From positions 1-27,305 of the forward strand of contig JAYGCM010000021.1 in NCBI GenBank assembly GCA_046583355.1: DNA of 27,305 nucleotides, given 5' to 3'. The stretch comes from Deltaproteobacteria bacterium (GTDB taxonomy: Bacteria > Desulfobacterota > Binatia > UBA12015). Within the stretch, counting starts at the first letter, position 1. Every line of letters starts with the position of its first letter. Made by a program: the position numbers and the translations under genes. The notes under the pieces are model-generated. The model saw only the letters and a program-made list of their open reading frames with translations, made no database searches and was not told the DNA's origin. Of the stretch, positions 1 through 7,819 are shown in pieces.

Positions 1-156
1 ATCTCGAAAGAGATGCTCGACCGATACTCGCACGTGCGAAACCGTGCGAAGGAAGAAGCTATTTCGGCACTGAATGGGGACCTGCCCGCACAAAAACCGG
101 CACACGGCCCAGTTGAGGAGGATAGCGAAGGTCCCCTAAGCCCGCGAATTCACTGA
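1..156 (+). CDS. C-terminal fragment of a tyrosine recombinase/integrase (5' part outside window)
   Basis: Frame 1 reads ISKEMLDRYSHVRNRAKEEAISAL...PRIH*. This matches the box II '(GH)xSxxMxxRY.H' segment that carries the catalytic Tyr, plus the C-terminal helix. TGA is at 154-156, 1 nt from the tRNA-Arg 3' end. Not in the ORF track. Confidence 0.8.
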   Translation: MSKEMLDRYSHVRNRAKEEAISALNGDLPAQKPAHGPVEEDSEGPLSPRIH

Positions 157-157
157 A
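1..157. mobile_element. Probable end of an integrative element/prophage inserted at the 3' end of tRNA-Arg(TCT)
   Basis: Integrase tail lies tail-to-tail with the tRNA 3' end. GC is about 56% over 1-156 by hand count, lower than the visibly GC-richer genes downstream. The other att copy is not in the window. Confidence 0.6.
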
Positions 158-231
158 TGCGCCAGGCAGGGATCGAACCTGCGACCTACGGCTTAGAAGG
201 CCGTTGCTCTATCCAACTGAGCTACTGGCGC
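158..231 (-). tRNA. tRNA-Arg(TCT), CCA not encoded
   Basis: Reverse complement GCGCCAG-TAGCTCAGTTGGATAGAGC-A-ACGGC CT TCT AA GCCGT-AGGTC-GCAGG TTCGATC CCTGC-CTGGCGC-A forms a full cloverleaf. Confidence 0.97.
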
Positions 232-276
232 GTGTTCCGGCGGACCGGATTCCGTAGGGGTCGCGGGCTTCCTGAG

Positions 277-350
277 TCGGGGTGAGAGGATTTGAACCTC
301 CGACATCCTGCTCCCAAAGCAGGCGCGCTACCAGGCTGCGCCACACCCCG
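277..350 (-). tRNA. tRNA-Pro(TGG), CCA not encoded
   Basis: Reverse complement CGGGGTG-TGGCGCAGCCTGGTAGCGC-G-CCTGC TT TGG GA GCAGG-ATGTC-GGAGG TTCAAAT CCTCT-CACCCCG-A forms a full cloverleaf. Confidence 0.97.
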
Positions 351-380
351 AGGAAGACCGCGTTTCCGTACGGATCTCGG

Positions 381-409
381 TTCTTAACCTCCCCGGCGCG
401 GTAGGTCAC
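381..409 (-). promoter_or_regulatory. Possible sigma-70 promoter of the tRNA pair
   Basis: Minus strand GTGACC-N17-TAAGAA, about 30 nt upstream of tRNA-Pro. Both boxes are imperfect. Confidence 0.3.
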
Positions 410-546
410 GCGCGCGGGGTGCGGGCGCTTTCCGGCCGGGCCTGCAGGCCCGAGCAGTCTGGCGCTGCGACCATGGATGTCTCGGGCCAGCACCACGGCT
501 GTCAATTGGTGTCGCCGCATGGAATGCAGGCGGGGGGAGTAAATTG

Positions 547-1425
547 ATGAAGATTTTCAAACGTATTCTGCTGGGCTTGGGGGCGGTCGCAGTGCTGCTG
601 GTGTTGAGCGCTCTGATCTTCTTGCGGATGAGCGGTGCGTGGAATGTGATCTTCCCCTCGGACACGCATGAGACGGTCGCGCCCGAGTTGCCTGTCGGGC
701 TGGCCGAGCCGGCGGTATTGCTCTTCACCAAGACGAATTCCTTTCGCCATGTCGGCGCGATCAAGGCCGGCGTGTCGCTCTGGGAGAAGCTGGCCGAAGA
801 GCAGGGCTTCGCTGTTTTTCATACCGAGAATGGCGCCATTTTGAACCCGGACGACCTCGCGCGCTTTGATGTCGTGATCTTCCATAATGCAACCGGCGAT
901 ATGTTTGACGAGGCGCAGCAGGCGGCCTTCCAGGGCTTCCTGGAAGCCGGTGGCGGTTGGATCGGGGTCCATGCAGCGGGAGATTCCTCGCATGGAGGTT
1001 GGCGCTGGTATATCGATTCGATGATTGGCGGGCTCTTCACGGCGCATACGATGGGGCCGCAATTCCAGGAGGCACGCCTGGTGGTGGAAGACGCCGAACA
1101 TCCGGCGACTCGGAACCTGCCCGCTGCGTGGCAGCATGTCGAGGAATGGTATTCCTGGGATGCCAACCCGCGCGACAGCGGCTTCCAGGTTCTGGTGACG
1201 GTCGACGAGTCCACCTACGAGCCTGTTCAGCGGATGGCCGGCATGGAGCGCGACCTGCGCATGGGCGACCACCCGGTGGTCTGGACGGCATGCGTCGGCT
1301 CGGGCCGCACTTTCTATTCGGCGCTGGGCCACGCCGAGGAAGCCTACGAAACCGAAGAGATGCACACGATGCTGGGCGGCGCGCTCGCCTGGGCCTCCGG
1401 CCAGGAGGGCAAAGGCTGCGAGTAA
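547..1425 (+). CDS. ThuA-like (trehalose utilization / GATase1-like) domain protein with N-terminal membrane anchor
   Basis: Motifs VLLFTKTNSFRH, GGGWIGVHAA, HPATRNLP, EEWY, DHPVVW and GRTFYSALGH. Hydrophobic N-terminus. GGGGGAG RBS precedes ATG 547. Confidence 0.85.
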   Translation: MKIFKRILLGLGAVAVLLVLSALIFLRMSGAWNVIFPSDTHETVAPELPVGLAEPAVLLFTKTNSFRHVGAIKAGVSLWEKLAEEQGFAVFHTENGAILNPDDLARFDVVIFHNATGDMFDEAQQAAFQGFLEAGGGWIGVHAAGDSSHGGWRWYIDSMIGGLFTAHTMGPQFQEARLVVEDAEHPATRNLPAAWQHVEEWYSWDANPRDSGFQVLVTVDESTYEPVQRMAGMERDLRMGDHPVVWTACVGSGRTFYSALGHAEEAYETEEMHTMLGGALAWASGQEGKGCE

Positions 1426-1459
1426 CGGGCCGGCTGGGGCGCATTCGCGATGTTTTTCT

Positions 1460-1876
1460 TTACGTGTGTACCAGCTCGAAGCCGGCCTGCTGGAAGTGCC
1501 GGTCAAAAGCGAAAGCACGATGCGTATCGAGTGCGCTCATCGCGGCGAAGGCAATGGCATCGACAAGCGAATAGTTCTTGTCGGATTGTTGCTCGAGGAG
1601 TGACCAGGCAGCGGCCTCCCAATCGGGCGGCACGTCGAGCACCTGCAGCCACTGGCTTTGGCCGACGCTCGCGTGGAAGCGAATGAGATTTTTCCGGCCC
1701 AAGCGTGCGTGGATCAGCGTGTAGGACTCGTGCAGGGTGGTGCGTGCGGTGAAGAGAGCGGCCGATTCGGCAGAGAGTTGGGCTAGCGCATCGACAGCGG
1801 TCTGATGGTAGCTGTCGGTGGCGCAGAAGAGGGCGTAGAACGCCGAGGTGTCGACGAATACATCGCGTCGGCTCAC
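1460..1876 (-). CDS. vapC: PIN-domain (VapC-type) toxin
   Basis: VFVDTSAFYAL, LHESYT, SLVDAIAFAAM and AFAFDRHFQQAGF carry the acidic PIN active-site residues. The GTG start overlaps the antitoxin stop (GTGA). Confidence 0.9.
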   Translation of the reverse strand: MSRRDVFVDTSAFYALFCATDSYHQTAVDALAQLSAESAALFTARTTLHESYTLIHARLGRKNLIRFHASVGQSQWLQVLDVPPDWEAAAWSLLEQQSDKNYSLVDAIAFAAMSALDTHRAFAFDRHFQQAGFELVHT

Positions 1877-2157
1877 GTCTTGCCACCGCCATTCGCCGTC
1901 GGGGCATTGCCTATCGGGTGGATCTCGGCGAGTGCGCGGTCGATGTCGGCCGAGACGCCGGACTCAGGCGGTGGGGCGACAGCCGCGCCGGCGAGAGCAA
2001 AGAGCGTATCTCCTTCGGGGCTGATCGAGCCCGAGGAAGCCAGATAGACGTCTACGGCCTCACGGACGAGCTCGGCCATGGGGCGACCCTGTTTGCGTGC
2101 CGCCGCACTGAGCCGCGCCCGCTGACCTGTCGCGAGGTAGATTTGCACGCGGTCCAT
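1873..2157 (-). CDS. CopG/ribbon-helix-helix antitoxin (94 aa)
   Basis: MDRVQIYLATGQRARLSAAARKQGRPMAELVREAVDVYL is a typical RHH N-terminus. It is the real C-terminal part of track ORF 1873..3225 and is translationally coupled to the PIN gene. Confidence 0.85.
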   Translation of the reverse strand: MDRVQIYLATGQRARLSAAARKQGRPMAELVREAVDVYLASSGSISPEGDTLFALAGAAVAPPPESGVSADIDRALAEIHPIGNAPTANGGGKT

Positions 2158-2174
2158 ACACTTGCTGTATACAG
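2156..2174. promoter_or_regulatory. Palindromic putative antitoxin operator overlapping the -10 region/start codon
   Basis: Perfect palindrome CTGTATACAG at 2165-2174, plus ATACA-N5-TGTAT at 2156-2170. No SD precedes the ATG. Confidence 0.55.
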
Positions 2175-2204
2175 TGGTCGGCGAGGCTGAACAAGATGCC
2201 GATT

Positions 2205-2232
2205 TGAAGTGGACCCCATTGTGAAGTGGACC
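2205..2232. repeat. 11-bp direct repeat TGAAGTGGACC (period 17)
   Basis: Exact copies at 2205-2215 and 2222-2232 in the intergenic space upstream of the TA pair. Confidence 0.8.
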
Positions 2233-2246
2233 GATTGTTCGGACTC

Positions 2247-3485
2247 CTAGGCCTCGACCTCGAACGTGAGACCGGCGTGCTGCACAAGCCGCTCCAGCAG
2301 CGGCTCGGCCATCAGGGCCGCTGGTGTGAAGAATCCACCACGCTTGGGAAGGACGTCCTTTGCCAGACAGGCGGCACTCTCGCCGAGCATCTTCGAGGTG
2401 GAGCCGTAACCCGGGTCCATGTCGCCCGTCACGCGGGTGCGTAACGAAAGCGCGGCATCTTGCGGATGCAATGCGTGAAACCGGAGATCGAAGAAACCCT
2501 TCTCGCGCGCCTCGCGACTCGGTCCCTCCCCGGGCGCCGGCATTCTTCCCGCGGCGAGACGCCGCAGCGGACCGATGCTGGCGGCGGCCATGACACCACC
2601 TTGGCCGAATGCGGTGGCTCCGGCCTTCAGCGCGCCGAGCGGGCCGGTACCCATGAGCACGCCTTCGTCGTAGCGAAAGTTCCGGCCGTAGGCGTAGTCT
2701 GTGAGCGCGTTGCTGCGCCGGACCACCTTGGTGTCGATTGCCGCCATCATGAAAGGTGCCGACCATTGGCCAAACTCGGCGTCGAACCACGGCGTGAGCC
2801 GCTCGGCCGAATCGGGACCGGAGCGCGCGCCCTGGGGATTCAGCGAGTAGGGTTCGGTCATCACGCGCGTGACCGACGGATCCTTCGCCGCCTCTTCCAT
2901 CATGAAGACCATGCTGGCAAGGGTTCCGCCGCTCGCACCTCCGCTTAGGCCCTTGACCCGCATTTTGACGTGCGGCGAGGCCATGCCAAAGCGCGCCTTC
3001 ATCTCGCGCTGAACGAAAAAGGTGCCGAGATCGGCCGGGATACAATCGAAACCGCAGGTATGCACGATGCGGGCGCCGCTGGCGACCGCTGCCTCCTCGT
3101 GCGCTTCGATCATCCGTGCCATCCATTGGGGTTCGCCGGTCAGATCGCAGTAGTCCGTTCCCGCGGCAACGCAGGCAGAAACGAGCGGGGTTCCGTACTT
3201 CGCGTAGGGTCCGACCGTGCTGCATACAACCCGCGCCTGCCCCGCGATGCGTCCCATATCGCCCGCATTCGCGGCATCTCCCACCAGCAGTGGAAGCGCA
3301 GCGGCACCCTCGCCAAGGCTTGCGCGCACGGCTTCGAGCTTGGCCTGGCTACGACCGCCGAGAGCCCAGCGCAGCTCGCCGCCGTCGGCGCCGAAGCGGC
3401 GAAAGAAGTGCTCGGCCACCAGCGCCCCGGTAAACCCGGTCGCGCCCCAAAGAACCACATCAAACTCTCGACCTTCTCGTTCCAT
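2247..3485 (-). CDS. Saccharopine dehydrogenase-like NAD(P)-dependent oxidoreductase (trans-acting enoyl reductase family)
   Basis: Motifs FDVVLWGATGFTG, STVGPYAKYG, YCDLTGE, CGFDCIPADLG, SGGTLAS and DPGYGSTSKMLGESA. AAAGGA RBS precedes ATG 3485. Confidence 0.9.
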   Translation of the reverse strand: MEREGREFDVVLWGATGFTGALVAEHFFRRFGADGGELRWALGGRSQAKLEAVRASLGEGAAALPLLVGDAANAGDMGRIAGQARVVCSTVGPYAKYGTPLVSACVAAGTDYCDLTGEPQWMARMIEAHEEAAVASGARIVHTCGFDCIPADLGTFFVQREMKARFGMASPHVKMRVKGLSGGASGGTLASMVFMMEEAAKDPSVTRVMTEPYSLNPQGARSGPDSAERLTPWFDAEFGQWSAPFMMAAIDTKVVRRSNALTDYAYGRNFRYDEGVLMGTGPLGALKAGATAFGQGGVMAAASIGPLRRLAAGRMPAPGEGPSREAREKGFFDLRFHALHPQDAALSLRTRVTGDMDPGYGSTSKMLGESAACLAKDVLPKRGGFFTPAALMAEPLLERLVQHAGLTFEVEA

Positions 3486-3750
3486 GCAGATTCCTTTACT
3501 GACCCTCAAGTTCTCGGGTCAAGTGGGCGGCCGAGGCTGGCCTTGATCGCGGTTTCCCAGGCCGAGGCGATACGGACGCGCGTCGTAGAATTCGCAGCCC
3601 GGATCACGTCCCGAGCGGCCGCCGAGAGCGCGGGATCGTCGGCAAGGAATCAGATAAAGGCATGCATTCCGGCTGTCATTTCCTCGCGTGGCGTGGAATG
3701 GACCCGGATGCAGGCCTGCTTTCCGGCCCGGCCTCCAGGAGGAGCAAGCG

Positions 3751-4608
3751 ATGAAGCGTCAGGATAGAGCTAGCGTACCGGCGATCGAAAATTGGGGCAG
3801 GTTGCTCGACGGACGCGTCGCGTTGGTGACGGGTGGCGGGGCGGGGATCGGTGCGGCGATCGCGCGGCTTTTTGCGCAGCATGGGGCGCTGGTCGAGCTG
3901 GCTGAGATTGACGCCGCGCGCGGCGAAGAGACGGCGGCGGCTATCCGTGCCGATGGCGGCCGGGTGCGCGCGCATGTGGTGGATGTGCGCCGCGAAGACG
4001 ATATCGCGCGGCTGCGTGCTGAGGTGTTGGACGAGCATGGCGGGCTCGATGTGCTGGTGAATAATGTCGGCGACTACCGCCCGTTGGTGCGCTTCCGCGA
4101 GTCCAATGCTGACTCCTGGCGGGCGATGTACGAGATCAATCTGCAGCATGTTTTTGCGGTGACGCAGGCGTTTCTCACCCCGATGATCGAGAGTGGCGGC
4201 GGGTCGATCGTCAATGTGCATTCCGTAGAAGGCATGCGCGGCTTTCCCGGCGACCCGGTCTACGCCGCCATGAAGGCGGGCGTGGCGCATTTCACGACCT
4301 CGCTTGCGGTCGCGCACGGGCGCGACGGCTTGCGCGTGAACGGCATCGGCACGGATCTCACCCAGACACCGCAGGTGGATTATATCGCGCGCTCCAAGGG
4401 CAACGAGGATCTCTGGGAATCATGGGCTCCCGTGGGGCGCCTGGGTTGGCCGGAGGACCAGGCGCGGGTGGCGCTCTTTCTTGCCAGCGACCTCTCGGCG
4501 TTCGTCACAGGGCATAATATCCCTGCCGACGGTGGCACATTGGCCGGCGGCGGCTGGTTCTACGCCCCCGGCGAGCGCCGCTTCACCAACCGCCCGAAGA
4601 CGCTGTAG
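3751..4608 (+). CDS. SDR family NAD(P)-dependent oxidoreductase
   Basis: TGGGAGIG, LVNNVG, catalytic YAAMK and ADGG motifs. GGAGGAG RBS precedes ATG 3751. Confidence 0.93.
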   Translation: MKRQDRASVPAIENWGRLLDGRVALVTGGGAGIGAAIARLFAQHGALVELAEIDAARGEETAAAIRADGGRVRAHVVDVRREDDIARLRAEVLDEHGGLDVLVNNVGDYRPLVRFRESNADSWRAMYEINLQHVFAVTQAFLTPMIESGGGSIVNVHSVEGMRGFPGDPVYAAMKAGVAHFTTSLAVAHGRDGLRVNGIGTDLTQTPQVDYIARSKGNEDLWESWAPVGRLGWPEDQARVALFLASDLSAFVTGHNIPADGGTLAGGGWFYAPGERRFTNRPKTL

Positions 4609-4658
4609 GGGCCACGTCCTCTCAGTATTGGCAGCCGAATTCTGGTGCTAAATTTCGG

Positions 4659-5642
4659 CTAAGGGGCGGTGTCTTCGTCCGATATCGGGCGGCCCGCGGC
4701 CTGGCCGAAGCTCTCGACCAGCGGGGCGATCGTGTCGCGTACGGCGTCGGCTTCCTTGGGCAGGCTGATGCGGACGCGGAAGTCCGTGATGCCGGCCTCT
4801 GCCATGGCGGGGACAGGGGCCGTGGTGGCTTCGAGGTCGAGTTTGCCGGAATCATCTTTGACTGCGGGCAGGTAGGCGGTGACCTCAAAGCCCTCGCTAT
4901 CGCGGCCGGCGGCGGCCAAGGCTGTGCGGATCTTTGCCAGGCCGGCTATGGGGTCGGCCGCGTCGGGGCCCCAGGGGATCCAGCCGCTGCCGAAGCGCAC
5001 GATGCGTTGCATGGCGGCGGCGTGCAGGCTGCCGCCGATCCAGATCGGCACGCCGCCGGGTTGCAGGGGTTTGGGCTGCATATGGATCTTCGTGAAGTTC
5101 ACGTCCTGCGAGGAATGCGCCGCGACCTCTTCGCGCCACAGCAGCTGGCAGATCTCGAGGGTATGGTCGAGGCGGTCGCCGCGCCGTGCATGCGGGATGC
5201 CGTTGGCTTCGTATTCTTCGCGCTGCCAGCCGATTCCAACGCCGAGGTCGAGGCGCCCGCCGGAGAGGACATCGAGTGTCGCGGTGGTCTTGGCCAGGGT
5301 GGCGGGGCGGCGCAGGCCGGCCAGCAGGATGCCGGTCATCAGGCGGATATTCTGTGTCATGCCGGCCATCACCGAGAGCAGGGTGAGGGGTTCGAGCCAA
5401 TGGCCGTCGGGGCCGGTGGGCTGGCGGCCACCTTTGGTGCCGCCTTTTTTCGGGTCGGTGTAGGCGTCCATATTCTCGCCGAAGACGATATGGTCGGCCA
5501 CGACCAGACGGTCCAGCCCGGCGGCGTCGGCGCCGCGGGCGAAGTCGAGCAGGCCGCGCCAGCCGTCCGGGCCGGGGTCCTTGGCGGCGAAATTGGCAGG
5601 CTGCATCGAGAGGGTGGGGCGGGCGGGTTTTGCGTGCTCCAT
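4659..5642 (-). CDS. Luciferase-like monooxygenase (LLM) superfamily, probable F420-dependent oxidoreductase (Rv2161c-like)
   Basis: Motifs VADHIV, LEPLTLLS, LAKTTATLDVLSGGRLDLGVGIGWQREEY, PKPLQPGGVPIWIGG and GSGWIP. Confidence 0.88.
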   Translation of the reverse strand: MEHAKPARPTLSMQPANFAAKDPGPDGWRGLLDFARGADAAGLDRLVVADHIVFGENMDAYTDPKKGGTKGGRQPTGPDGHWLEPLTLLSVMAGMTQNIRLMTGILLAGLRRPATLAKTTATLDVLSGGRLDLGVGIGWQREEYEANGIPHARRGDRLDHTLEICQLLWREEVAAHSSQDVNFTKIHMQPKPLQPGGVPIWIGGSLHAAAMQRIVRFGSGWIPWGPDAADPIAGLAKIRTALAAAGRDSEGFEVTAYLPAVKDDSGKLDLEATTAPVPAMAEAGITDFRVRISLPKEADAVRDTIAPLVESFGQAAGRPISDEDTAP

Positions 5643-5871
5643 ATCTGCGGACTGAATCGGAAACCCGGCTCCGGCGCCAGCCGAGATCCTGCCCGAAAGC
5701 CTACCCTTTGTTGCGACGAGTCATGGGCTCCAGGCTCGAGCGGATTGTCGCGGGTCGATCCGGCATGACGCGAAGCGTCGCAAGATTCGTCGGAATAGGG
5801 GTGGAGAACTGCCCGGTCTGGCGTAAGCTGTGAGGGGCGCGCTGGCTGCGGCCACAAAGAAGGATACCCCC

Positions 5872-7602
5872 ATGTCCCGAATCTCGATTTCATGCTTTGC
5901 GCTATTTATGGCGTTGATGATGGCCGCTTGCGGCAGTAGTGACTCTTCGGATGTCGCGGCCAATCCGCCGGAGGAACCCACCCCGCAGGAGCCCCAGCCG
6001 CCGGTCGTCGAGGAGCCTCAATGCGATGTCTCCTTTGACAGTACCTTCGCGGCGATCCAGACGACGATTTTCGAGCGCCATAGCTGCAATCAGGCGGTCT
6101 GCCACGGCAGTTCGGCGGCCGGTGGCCTCGATCTCTCCACTGATGTCGCCTACGACAATCTCTATAATCAGCCCGGTCAGATCGCCGCGCTATCGTTGGT
6201 GCAGCCAGGGCGGGGCAGCGATAGCCTGCTTTACCTGAAACTGGCAGCGGCGACCGACCCGGAGCATGTGGATGTGGCCGGGGCGCCGATGCCGAGTGGT
6301 GGTGCACCGCTTTCGGCCAAAGAACTCGAACTCATGCGCCTGTGGATCTACGCCGGCGCGCCGCGTGAGGGAGTGATCGAGAATACGGTGGCTCTGGTCG
6401 ATGGCTGCATGGCCGAACCGACGCCGATCACCATCGAACCTCTGGCGCCGCTGGCACCGGGCGAGGGCGTGCAATTCGTCATGCCGCCTTTCCGGCTTCC
6501 TGCGGGCACCGAGGTCGAGGTCTGTTTTGCGTCCTATTATGATTTCACCGACCAGGTTCCGGTGGAGTTCCAGGACCCGACCGGGACGATGTTCCGCTAC
6601 AAGGGCTTCGATATGCGGCAGGATCCGCAGAGCCATCACCTGATCCTCTTTGCCCCGAACGTGCCGCTGGACCGGATTCACGATCCTGCCTTTGGTGGCT
6701 GGTATTGTCGCGGCGGCGCTCAGGACGGCGAGGAATGCGAGCCGACCGATGTGAGTTCTTGTGGCGAGGGAATGTGTGCGACCAAGGTCGGTAGCGGTGG
6801 CTGCCGCGGCTTCGGCCCGCCGGATATTGGTGGCGGTGTCGATCCGGCCGATGTGCAGGGCTTCGGCGGCGCGCAGCGCGCCCAACTCTACACGGAATTT
6901 GGTGAGGGCGTGTATGCCGAGGTGGCGATGAAGGGGCTGGTCTATTGGAATTCGCACGCCTTCAATTTGACCGCGCAGGATCACCAGATGAATGCGCGTC
7001 TGAACTACTTTTTCGCCGACAAGCAGGATCACGTCTCGATGTCGATCCCGGTGCATTTCCGCAGCCTCTTCCAGGCTTCCGGCACGCCGCCCTACACCGA
7101 GCAGCGTTATTGTAATGAGTTGGTCTTTGCGAAGGGCACGCGGATTACTCAGATGACCCAGCATACGCACCGCTTTGGCAAGCATTTCGAAGCGTGGATG
7201 CCCGATGGCACGAAATTCTATGAGAATTTCGTCTACAACGACCCGGTGGTGGCGCGTTTCGATCCCGCGATTCATCTGGATTCCGATGATGTGGCCGACC
7301 GCACCTTCAAATTCTGTGGCCTGTTCAACAACGGTCTGGCCGCCGACGGCTCGCCGGACCCCGAGACCGTGACGCGCTCGTCACGCACGCCGCAAAACCA
7401 GCTCAATGGCGGCGGCGCGTGTACGCCGACCGCATGCGCGGCCGGCCGCATCGGCGCGGCCTGCAGCGGCGTGGACGACAACGCGACCTGTGACTCGAGC
7501 CCGGGTGCAGGTGACGGTGATTGTGATGCGTGTGCGATCCAGGCCGGCACCAGCACCGAGAATTCGATGTTCCTGCTGCTCGGTCGCATGTACGTGGAGT
7601 AG
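5872..7602 (+). CDS. Lipoprotein: cytochrome-c-like domain (CX4CH) fused to a copper type II (PHM/DBH-like) monooxygenase-like domain
   Basis: Lipobox MAAC followed by a Pro-rich linker. Cytochrome-like segment: CNQAVCH...VQPG..SLLYLKL...MP...LWIYAGA. Copper ligand pattern: SHH, NSH, HTH and C-terminal ENSM. Cys-rich inserts are present. ATG 5872 follows AAGGA. Confidence 0.7.
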   Translation: MSRISISCFALFMALMMAACGSSDSSDVAANPPEEPTPQEPQPPVVEEPQCDVSFDSTFAAIQTTIFERHSCNQAVCHGSSAAGGLDLSTDVAYDNLYNQPGQIAALSLVQPGRGSDSLLYLKLAAATDPEHVDVAGAPMPSGGAPLSAKELELMRLWIYAGAPREGVIENTVALVDGCMAEPTPITIEPLAPLAPGEGVQFVMPPFRLPAGTEVEVCFASYYDFTDQVPVEFQDPTGTMFRYKGFDMRQDPQSHHLILFAPNVPLDRIHDPAFGGWYCRGGAQDGEECEPTDVSSCGEGMCATKVGSGGCRGFGPPDIGGGVDPADVQGFGGAQRAQLYTEFGEGVYAEVAMKGLVYWNSHAFNLTAQDHQMNARLNYFFADKQDHVSMSIPVHFRSLFQASGTPPYTEQRYCNELVFAKGTRITQMTQHTHRFGKHFEAWMPDGTKFYENFVYNDPVVARFDPAIHLDSDDVADRTFKFCGLFNNGLAADGSPDPETVTRSSRTPQNQLNGGGACTPTACAAGRIGAACSGVDDNATCDSSPGAGDGDCDACAIQAGTSTENSMFLLLGRMYVE

Positions 7603-7708
7603 CGCAGCCGCTGGCGTGCGGACGGCCGCCGGCCCGGCGGGCGCTGGGTTGGGGCCGTGTACTTCCAGACCGTGCTTACACAGGCGTTGTGGGCGCGTGC
7701 CTCGTGGC

Positions 7709-7749
7709 TGCGCGTTTCTTCGCGCATGCCTTGCGCAGGAATCTGCTCA
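7709..7749. promoter_or_regulatory. Tandem palindromic putative enhancer-binding-protein (bEBP) sites
   Basis: TGCGCG-N6-CGCGCA (7709-7726, perfect) and TGCGCA-N6-TGCTCA (7732-7749), 23 bp apart and about 100-140 bp upstream of the predicted sigma-54 start site. Confidence 0.5.
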
Positions 7750-7819
7750 GATGCGTGCGCGTCGAGCGGGCAGGGGTGGTGGGCCCCGCATTTCGGTCGC
7801 TTTTCTCTTGCCGGCAGGG

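Noticed and set aside
437..452. Perfect 16-bp palindrome CGGGCCTGCAGGCCCG
   Set aside because: It is a single, almost all-GC copy with no loop or U-tract and no second instance noticed. No function can be supported.
209..520. 103-aa minus-strand ORF
   Set aside because: It runs through both tRNA genes.
2158..3225. N-terminal 356 aa of track ORF 1873..3225
   Set aside because: It is an Arg-rich alternative frame overlapping the reductase gene. Only the final 94 aa (RHH antitoxin) are credible.
3500..3521. TGACCC-N10-GGGTCA inverted repeat upstream of the reductase gene
   Set aside because: The arms are only 6 bp and no adjacent regulator gene is present, so it could be chance.
4633..4660. 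AGCCGAA...TTCGGCT hairpin between the convergent SDR and LLM genes
   Set aside because: The stem is short and imperfect with no U-tract, too weak to call a terminator.
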